Below, piece by piece: positions 37,701 through 43,855 of a DNA stretch of 43,855 nt (within the stretch, counting starts at the first letter, position 1; every line of letters begins with the position of its first letter). The notes below the pieces were generated by a model. The model was given only the letters and a program-made list of their open reading frames with translations, had not been told where the DNA came from and searched no databases. Origin of the DNA: Chiloscyllium plagiosum (lineage: Eukaryota). Location: contig NC_057719.1 in the NCBI RefSeq assembly GCF_004010195.1, positions 5,018,290-5,062,144 of the forward strand. The letters run 5' to 3'. The position numbers and the translations under genes are program-made.

Positions 37701-40329
37701 ACTGTGAACTCTGGAACTGTGGAAGGAAACTAGAGCACCCAGGGGAATTTCACACCGGCATGAGGACGATGTGCAATCTCCACACAGACAGTCACCCAAA
37801 GTTGGAAATGAATCCAGGTCCCTGGCACTATGAGGCCAGCAGTGCTAACCACTGAGCCACCGTGCGGCTCCTGCCTCTGTTGTTCTGATATGGGGTTAGA
37901 CTGTCACTTCTGATTTCCTCTTCGTGTCACAGACCATCCAACTTAGACATGTATGATGTTCCCTCATTGCAATGAGGTTCCTGACCTAATTATACTGTGA
38001 ATGTAGATTGCTCAAATCAGGTAATGGATTTAATTTTGAGACAATCTTATGGCAAATAGGGTTTGGCAATGAAAGTGGACCTTGCATGGGGCACCCATAA
38101 CCCAAGAACATGTATTTGATGGAGCCTTGTTTGTCTCTTACTATGTAACTTCCAGGAATCCAGTTCTGATCAGTTATTTTGCACTCACTTCCTTCCTCAG
38201 AGACAAGTTAAATTCCCTTCGAAGGCAAAAGGAGAAACTGGAAGAGAAAATAATGGACCAGTATAAATTCTATGAGCCAACCCCTAAAAGGTATGTCTCC
38301 TATTTTGCAAATTAAATTTTACTGAAAGGGTTAATGGCATATACCACTTGTTACTATTGTGTATTTACCACCCCTTTTAATCGCAACTTTTACCCCGTCA
38401 CACCCTCTAATAACCAGCCCCACAGTTCAATAATTGTAAAAATCCTTATTAAGTCCTCAGGGGTTCAGATAGCTCAGTTGGCTGATTGCATTGTGGAGTG
38501 AGAGTCGAAAAGTGGGGCGCTGGAAAAGCGCAGCTGGTCAGGCAGCATCCGAGGAGCAGGAGAGTCAATGTTTCAGGCATAAGTCCTTCATCAGGAATGT
38601 CACCGAATCTGTGGAGAGAAATCAGAGTCACCTGCCTCAACATGCATTAATGTTTCACGTCAAATGTATTCCTTAGAATGGAGTTCCAAAGGACAGTTCT
38701 ACCAGACTCAAAATCAGCTTTGTTTCTCTATCCACAGGTGCTGCCAGACTTGAGTTTCTCCAACACTTTCTGTTTTAAGCCAATTTACACACCCTCAAAT
38801 TCCCACAAATAGCTGTGTAACCAATCTTCTTTTTTTTAAATGAAATAATTTAAGGCTAAATATTGGATAGAAAATCAGGAAGAACTCCTCCTAACGTTTG
38901 GATTTTTTTTAGTTCCTTTGACTTGTTAAATATCTCTGGGTTGTTCCTTTTTATTCTTTTTTGGCACACAGGGAATATCCCAGTTCCGTTTTCATGTTGC
39001 AGCATATGGTTTCAGTAATAAATGCTGTCCTCACCAGCGTTGCTTGTAAACTTGAATAAATAAGTAAATTAGGAAGAAGCACTTGACAAATTGCAATGGT
39101 CACTCAAAATGTTAACTGTCCTCTGCTGCAGGAAGAGTAACTGGGTAGCTGCAAAGGCCCTTGTGAAGTTCATGAAACCCAAGAAGGAGAGTGCAAAGGA
39201 GCGGCTGAAGATTGCTCCCGAGAGTTCAGTTCAGCAGCAGCTAGAACTGCCCGAAATGGCACCGCTGCCAACTGCTTCTCGGGTGCAGAGAACCAGTCTA
39301 GACAACTCCTCATTAGGATCCAACTCCCTGGAGGAAAATGGTCTGAGTCCGACCAGTAAAGGTAAAGATGGTGCCGAGGGAAGTAAATGTTTACAGGGAG
39401 TCCACTGTAAAGCAGTATAGCAAAGTCTATGTTGTAGCTTGGAGCTGGGGACAGAGATAGTAGAGGATTCAATTTGTTTGTCCATCACATGGCCGATTCT
39501 ACCTCTCCTACTCTTACTGCCTGCCTTTGGTGTATGTTTGAAGGATTTACAGATTGATGCTCGGACTGTCTGGCCATGTTATGAATTCATTTTCCTTGGT
39601 CCTCTAGTCCTGTGGTAAGACTGGAACCTGGCGATCCTAGCCCAGAGGCAGGGACAGTATCCACTACACCACAACTGCTCTTGTCGGCTGTATGCAGGAG
39701 ACAAAGCTGGGGTAGTGTTTGAAATGTCTTACATCCTGAAATGTTGAGCAGCATTTAAATTTTAAACTCATCTCATTCTGTGAATAGCAAATGAGGAAGA
39801 TCTCCAGAATTAATTAATTATTGGCCAATCTACATTGTTCTCTCAACTGTTGATAAAATAGCAAACTGAATCTAGTTTTCTTTTCAGTGATTTTAACTTT
39901 GGGTGAAGTAATCTTTGGTGGTGGGGAGTTTTCTATTATTGCATGTATTTTGGTTTACTTCATGTTTATTTTAAAGTTTCTTCTCTCCTTTTTTTTTGTT
40001 TTATTCTCTCCCTGCTCCCCCAATTCTTGTGATGGTGGGGTTTTCCCTTTCTTCTGGTTTGCAATTAAGTGTCCACGCGGAAAAAGTTTGCCTTTCTGAA
40101 GAGTAAAAGCAAAGAGAAACTCAAGGCCAAATCGACACCAGATAACCAACGCCGACTGCTGTCCTTGCACCTGAGGTTTTGGTCGTCCAGTGACATGTCG
40201 GACCCTGCTAACGAGTCATTCGGTCAGCTGTCTGAGACAGGCCTTTCTAACTCCCCTGTCTCTCATGTCCCACCATCATCTCCATCCGGCACACTAGAGG
40301 ACTCAGTCACGCCAGAACACAGGCCATAG
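4616..40329 (+). CDS. CCDC88C: Spliced, 5'-partial CCDC88-family (Girdin/Daple/Gipie) coiled-coil gene, Daple-like; join(4616..4743,10243..10384,14781..14969,19005..19166,28997..29274,30677..30820,32011..32197,34274..34419,38201..38290,39132..39361,40070..40329)
   Basis: All introns are GT-AG with matching phases. 1956 nt with no internal stop. Contains family-diagnostic runs [33 protein letters not shown] and AKALVK. Family is clear; the paralog (CCDC88C proper vs a Daple-like paralog) is uncertain. Confidence 0.9.
4910..4992 (+). mobile_element. Penelope pLTR fragment with a decayed hammerhead core
   Basis: TGATGA-agggattaagccc-AAAACGTC followed by the same body as 2500-2565. Confidence 0.7.
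5560..6108 (+). mobile_element. Degraded CR1 LINE fragments
   Basis: [24 protein letters not shown] motif and CR1-type 3' UTR. Confidence 0.75.
6309..6497. mobile_element. Fold-back Penelope-derived insertion with a 13-bp TSD
   Basis: Same family and same 3' end (cctcactttctcctcc) as 2377-2607. Flanked by TTAATGTGGGAAA (6296-6308) and TTAACGTGGGAAA (6498-6510). Confidence 0.85.
6806..7150 (-). mobile_element. CR1 LINE 3' fragment
   Basis: ORF 6892..7224: [37 protein letters not shown]. Confidence 0.9.
7157..7425 (+). mobile_element. LINE 3' fragment of another CR1-superfamily lineage
   Basis: The ccatctagaaggacaagg..cctggaatt body recurs at about 32280-32570 (-) and 36070-36330 (+). Confidence 0.65.
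8110..8965 (-). mobile_element. HE1 SINE split by a CR1 3' fragment (about 8286-8898)
   Basis: V-domain half at 8110-8283 and tRNA head at 8899-8965 flank a CR1 piece. Confidence 0.8.
10243..10384 (+). CDS. CCDC88C: CCDC88-family exon: [47 protein letters not shown]
   Basis: Polypyrimidine ttcag|C acceptor and ACG|gtaaat donor; 142 nt, phase 2-0; inside ORF 10007..10411. Confidence 0.95.
10421..10577. repeat. 27-bp G-rich minisatellite, about 5.7 copies
   Basis: Unit (c/a)agtggtcgcactggga(a/g)ggaagggcc; seen as 9-aa repeats in the minus ORFs. Confidence 0.95.
10860..11310 (+). mobile_element. Degraded CR1 fragments
   Basis: [29 protein letters not shown]-like motif. Confidence 0.7.
12028..13300 (-). 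mobile_element. CR1 LINE, RT C-terminal half to 3' UTR (degraded)
   Basis: Minus strand shows SKFADD and LEYCVQFW motifs. Confidence 0.85.
14150..14400 (+). mobile_element. Degraded Tx1-like ORF2 C-terminal fragment
   Basis: [21 protein letters not shown]; a related [12 protein letters not shown] is on the minus strand near 16750-16785. Confidence 0.5.
14781..14969 (+). CDS. CCDC88C: CCDC88-family exon: [15 protein letters not shown]...[26 protein letters not shown]
   Basis: ttccag|GTG acceptor and AAC|gtgagt donor; 189 nt, phase 0-0. Confidence 0.95.
15297..15996. mobile_element. Composite double fold-back Penelope-type insertion in a SINE, with a nested CR1 piece
   Basis: Inverted pairs 15297-15350/15406-15459 and 15472-15572/15895-15996; CR1 3' end at 15637-15893. 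Confidence 0.8.
17381..17810 (-). mobile_element. Young CR1/HER1 LINE 3' fragment
   Basis: Clean ORF 17456..17728: [37 protein letters not shown]. Confidence 0.92.
17989..18300 (+). mobile_element. HE1-type tRNA-derived V-SINE
   Basis: A box tggctcagtgg, B box ggttcgattcc, V domain gtggagtttgcacattctcc, CR1-like tail. Confidence 0.9.
18665..18905 (+). mobile_element. CR1 3' fragment
   Basis: [22 protein letters not shown] segment plus CR1 3' UTR. Confidence 0.8.
19005..19166 (+). CDS. CCDC88C: CCDC88-family exon: [23 protein letters not shown]...[11 protein letters not shown]
   Basis: ggcag|AAC acceptor and CAG|gtcagt donor; 162 nt, phase 0-0. Confidence 0.95.
20770..22222 (+). mobile_element. 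Degraded CR1 ORF2 fragments
   Basis: [25 protein letters not shown] and SKFVDDTK motifs. Confidence 0.85.
22826..23096 (+). mobile_element. CR1 3' end nested in the longer CR1
   Basis: Ends in (tgttcta)n; AAGGA is duplicated at 22821-22825 and 23097-23101. Confidence 0.85.
23429..23740 (-). mobile_element. Full-length young HE1 SINE nested in CR1 ORF2
   Basis: Intact A/B boxes, V domain and (TAATC)n tail; interrupts the KSPxPxGI|YPRLL motif with GAT on both sides. Confidence 0.92.
25423..26051 (-). mobile_element. 5'-truncated Penelope-like element: Cys-rich linker and GIY-YIG start plus pLTR tail, spanning the assembly gap
   Basis: [42 protein letters not shown]. Flanked by TATTTTGTTTTAG (25410-25422) and TATTTTATTTTAG (26052-26064). 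Inserted in a CR1 3' tail. Confidence 0.85.
25500..25793. other. Assembly gap (294 N)
   Basis: Run of N. Confidence 1.
26150..26920 (+). mobile_element. CR1 LINE 3' portion
   Basis: [22 protein letters not shown] motif plus 3' UTR. Confidence 0.85.
28251..28598 (+). mobile_element. HE1 V-SINE
   Basis: Same head, V domain and tail as 17989-18300. Confidence 0.9.
28997..29274 (+). CDS. CCDC88C: CCDC88-family exon: [17 protein letters not shown]...[11 protein letters not shown]...KDLEQ(R)
   Basis: ttgcag|GTG acceptor and AG|gtgaca donor; 278 nt, phase 0-2. Confidence 0.95.
29985..30227. mobile_element. Older fold-back Penelope-derived element with a decayed hammerhead
   Basis: Inverted arms around cttcag-aggatc-ctgaag (about 30113-30130); CTGAAGA..GCAACGTT. 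Confidence 0.75.
30677..30820 (+). CDS. CCDC88C: CCDC88-family exon: [47 protein letters not shown](R)
   Basis: tcacag|G acceptor and AG|gtgaga donor; 144 nt, phase 2-2. Confidence 0.93.
31684..31880. mobile_element. Older fold-back Penelope-derived element
   Basis: aaaatcagaaactgctgg..ggagagag pairs with ctctcc..ccagcagcttctgatttt. Confidence 0.75.
32011..32197 (+). CDS. CCDC88C: CCDC88-family exon: [28 protein letters not shown]...[13 protein letters not shown]
   Basis: ctttag|G acceptor and GAG|gtacgg donor; 187 nt, phase 2-0. TKLDNHCE is Daple-type. Confidence 0.95.
32585..32866 (+). mobile_element. 5'-truncated HE1 SINE
   Basis: V domain and tail without the A box. Confidence 0.75.
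33085..33720 (+). mobile_element. CR1/HER1 3' portion
   Basis: [24 protein letters not shown]; 3' end tgactctatgactc. Confidence 0.88.
34274..34419 (+). CDS. CCDC88C: CCDC88-family exon: [48 protein letters not shown](I)
   Basis: Long pyrimidine tract, aaaag|CTG acceptor and AT|gtgagt donor; 146 nt, phase 0-2. Confidence 0.95.
37545..37868 (-). mobile_element. Diverged HE1 SINE
   Basis: Reverse head cagtgctaaccactgagccaccgtg. Confidence 0.8.
38201..38290 (+). CDS. CCDC88C: CCDC88-family exon: [29 protein letters not shown](R)
   Basis: cctcag|A acceptor and AG|gtatgt donor; 90 nt, phase 2-2. Highly conserved family motif. Confidence 0.96.
38495..38775. mobile_element. Penelope pLTR fragments (minus-strand decayed hammerhead near 38564-38598)
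   Basis: Minus strand: attc-CTGATGA-aggacttatgcct-GAAAC-ATT-gact. Confidence 0.7.
39132..39361 (+). CDS. CCDC88C: CCDC88-family exon: [26 protein letters not shown]...[16 protein letters not shown]
   Basis: ctgcag|G acceptor and G|gtaaag donor; 230 nt, phase 2-1. Basic segment resembling Daple AKALVKLIKPKKE. Confidence 0.92.
40070..40329 (+). CDS. CCDC88C: Probable alternative terminal (or cassette) exon: (V)[24 protein letters not shown]...VTPEHRP*
   Basis: ttaag|TG acceptor after about 90 nt with no AG. Phase 1 fits the previous donor. The basic start resembles Girdin VALKRLPFLRNRPKDKDK. TAG at 40327-40329. Confidence 0.72.
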
Positions 40330-40346
40330 TTTACATTGCAAATTGT

Positions 40347-40352
40347 AATAAA
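40347..40352 (+). promoter_or_regulatory. Candidate polyadenylation signal AATAAA
   Basis: Canonical hexamer 17 nt after the stop of the 40070-40329 exon. Confidence 0.45.
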
Positions 40353-41242
40353 GTTGATTCCGATGCTAATCCCAAATATGTAAAACAATTAAAGTCAATC
40401 TAGAAAAAAAAGTAAGCAATTGAGAGACTACATCTGAGACCGCACCTGTCGTTTAATTGTCGAGTGTTTCAGAACAGATCCTTTCTCCCATCATTCATGA
40501 CTGTGCAGCACACTTTTTTTTTAAAAAAAAAGCATACAATGTTTGGGCCTCCAAAAACTTCAGTCGTAAGTAACAATATGTTTGTGTGCTGTTATGCATT
40601 GCAACTGTAATTCTTACTTGGTTTGAAAATCCATTTGCAAGTTCAATCTGTTTTCAAAGCAAGAATTTAAAAAAACTTGCCATGATCTGGTAAAGGAATG
40701 GGGTTGGGGACACTTTGCATTAATCGTTGCTGAATTTGGCATTTTTACTGAACAGTGAAACCTGTATAAATGGGCATTTCCATTAAATAGATTGTGGGAA
40801 TGGGACTGCTCTACAATGAGCTGGCACAGTCTTGAAGGGGCCCTGTGTGAGGTTTCTGTGTGAGGTGACTCTCTGACCTATACGCTGTAAAGACTTATTG
40901 AGAAACCCCCAAGTCTCTTGCATACAAAAGACAGACCCCTCTCTGCATTTTTAAAGATGTATCAAACCTTTTTGTAACAAAACATGCAACACACGCATGA
41001 CAACACAGGTTATATGCAGGTAATGGGCTTTGTGCAATGGGTGCTTTTTAACCCAGAATGCACAGGGGCACAGAAACAGCTGTATCTCTGGCAAGTTTCT
41101 GACCCAAGGACAGTGTGGTTTATCTGAGGCTATGCATCCTGGGTAAAGAACTCCACATTTTAACAATTTATCTTTAAAATACATAAACTCTTTGAAAATA
41201 AAGCCACCTGCAAAAGAAAGAAGACAACTGATGCCATTGCTT

Positions 41243-41482
41243 AAGGGGACATAAATTTAAGGTGAAGGGTGGAAGGTATAGGGGGGATGTCAGGTAGGTT
41301 CTTTACCCAGAGAGTAGTGGGGACATGGAATGCGCTGCCTCTGGGAGTGGCAGAGTCAGAATCAATGGTGACCTTTTAGCGGCAATTGGATAGGTACATG
41401 GATGGGTGCTTAAGCTAGGACAAATGTTCAGCACAACATCGTGGGCCGAAGGGCCTGTTCTGTGCTGTATTGTTCTATGTTC
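41243..41482 (+). mobile_element. CR1 3' end
   Basis: RGHKFKVKGGRYRGDV..FTQRVVGTWNALP, (tgttcta)n tail. Confidence 0.88.
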
Positions 41483-43716
41483 TCAATAGTATACAGGTTT
41501 CACTGCATATAAATGGTTCATAAATATGGGATGGTTTTTAATAAGGGGTCAGTTGCAATGCAGTGAATGTTGCCCCTAAAGCTGCCTGTCTTGTGCCCTC
41601 CTTTCACCAAGCCCTTCAGTGGGTTGTGTGTGTGCCTTCGGATCATCCGTTTGCCCTGGCCCATTCTGTTGGTCTGCCGCATTTTGTTGTGCCCCCCCCC
41701 TGCATTTCCCTCCCTCTGCCTCTGTCACAGTTTCTCAGCAGCTGCCCATCTCTCAGACGAGCCTATCCCTCAGTGTTTCACCCCTGACCCCACTCAGCTG
41801 ATCTCAACATTAAAAAATTGAAGTGCCAAAATTCTCTTTGTTGGCCACTCTTTGTTTCCAGCAGCGAGTTAATGGTGAAGCTCCATGCGCTGGATGACAA
41901 CTAGCTCCAGACAGCCTTTCTTTAAGAAGATCATTCAGGAGGTGTGGGCCTGGCTGACAATGCTGACGTTTATTTCCCATCCCTAGTTGCCCCTGAGAGG
42001 GTGGTCATAGGCCATTGCCTTGAGCCAGGGTGGAAGAAATTTACTCCGCGATGACCATATTTCGAAGTGACGTGTGAGTGTGTGAGTGTGATGTTCCCCT
42101 GGGATAGCTACCCATGTTCTGATTGATTGTGGTAGTGTGTTTCATTGTATATCTTACGCATCTGCCGACTTCCCGTTGATATTCAGGGGACATTCCGCAG
42201 TGGGATTAGTGTGCAGCTACCAGAGGTTTCAGCTTCACAGTGAGGCTTGTACTGAGGGAGGCCACTTCTATCACATTCAGGGAGATATGACAGCCCAACA
42301 AGGAGGGATCGGGAAGGATTTTGATTATTCCCCTGTGGCTGAGGGGAATGCTGAAGGAAAGTGGGCATTCATCAAATCCGGGCATGAGCTGAGCCTTCCT
42401 GCCAAATCCTTCTATACACGCACACAGGCATACACACACAGCCCCTCCACAATGAACCAGACTATTACCAATAATCATGTACTAAGATCCTGGCCGCAGA
42501 GATAACTGCTTTAACAGTGTATGAAAAGGTGACCAGCACCTGTCAAATCCTACATCAGCAACAAGGATGGAGATGCAAGGCTTTTTGTCCCTTGTTTATG
42601 GATCTTTAATAATTTAAATCTTTGTCTTTGTTTAATCTGCTCACCGCTTCCAGTCCTTGTGCTGTTTTTGAGTATTGCTTATTGTGTACAGTAGCTGAAC
42701 TAGACTTCAGAAGGATTTTTTAATATACATTGTGCATTTAAAAAAACTTGAGGCATTATGTGATTGACAATCCGTATCTGTGCAATATTTTATACATCTT
42801 TCATCTGAATGCACTTCTTTTCCCATTCTATGTTCCCATTTACAATGGAAATAACCAATGCAAATTGGTCAGGCTGTAATTAGACCCTCCTATATGAGAG
42901 GCACTACAGCAGTACATGCAACATTATAAATTCATTGGAATTTATAACTAATACTATGTAAGACCATTACAAAGATTTATGCTGACATGTTCTGTTCTAA
43001 GAATTTAATCCACTCAGTCTTTCACATGAACATCCACATTTTCTTTGAAGTGTCAGATATTGTGTTCCTGCAGCATCCCAAACCCCTTCAGCTTAGTCTG
43101 AAACCTCAGAAAAATGACTTTAATTTCATTTCCTACAATTAAAAGAAATCGGGTTTTTTAAAAATATTTTTGACCAATCTGTTATTTGCAGCAGGACCAG
43201 AAGGTACCAGCAGGTGGCCTCTGTAATCCATTTTACGCACTGATCTTTTTAAAAACCTATTTTGTGAAATATGCAGCGTGCAGAATATGCAATATTTATC
43301 CTGTCTTCTTCCCATAATTTTAATCATCTGTCTGTTCTCCTGGAGCTGATCCACAACACAATAACTTGGCAATGCGTACATTCCTCATGGAGTGAGTGCC
43401 AGCAAGAAGCACTTCACCTCTAAGGAGATCCCACTCCCACAGACTCTTCTAATTTCTTTTTGTCCTTGCACAGGTGTCACTGACTAGGCCACCTTTTGTT
43501 GCCCATCCATAATTAGATTAGAACTGAGCTTCCTGATAGGCCAAGTCAGAGGGCTGTTAAGAATCAACACCATTGCTGTGGCTCTGAAGGTATGTCTGGG
43601 CCAGATCAGGCCAATGTTGGTTCCATGGTCACCATTGGCAGATTAGCTTTTAATGCCATAGTGGGATTTGAGCCCATGTCCCCAGTACATTGGCCTGGAC
43701 TCTATAAACTAAACTG

Positions 43717-43741
43717 CCCCTTTTCTCCCTCTCCCCTCCCC

Positions 43742-43774
<33 letters not shown>

Positions 43775-43855
43775 CATTCTCTCTCCTGTCTCTTCCCTTT
43801 TCCCTCTTACACTCCTCTCTTTGACTCCTCTCTTTTTCTTTCTCTTCCTTTCTTC
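43717..43855 (+). repeat. Polypyrimidine tract with a (CT)n microsatellite
   Basis: About 140 nt that are almost all C/T, running to the window end. Confidence 0.9.

Noticed and set aside
41850..41904. Possible exon after tttgtttccag
   Set aside because: The phase-1 reading hits TAA after three codons, other frames stop quickly, and there is no family similarity.

Overview
Vertebrate genomic DNA, almost certainly an elasmobranch (shark): it carries HE1-type V-SINEs, many CR1/HER1 LINE 3' ends and shark-type Penelope remnants. One host gene is present, on the + strand: 11 consecutive GT-AG exons (4616-40329) with matching phases that splice into a stop-free 1956-nt frame (651 aa + stop). It encodes the C-terminal coiled coil and start of the tail of a CCDC88-family hook-related protein (Girdin/Daple family, most Daple-like); the 5' part lies upstream of the window. 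The last exon ends in a stop plus AATAAA before any GBA motif, and looks like a regulated alternative terminal or cassette exon. The introns are mostly nested retroelements (CR1, Rex1-like, Tx1-like, tRNA SINEs). The most striking non-genic signal is a family of short fold-back Penelope-derived insertions. They carry minimal hammerhead-ribozyme cores, three have 13-bp target-site duplications, and one copy runs across an assembly gap (25500-25793) into a GIY-YIG ORF fragment. Family assignments are from recalled sequence features, not searches, and repeat boundaries are approximate.
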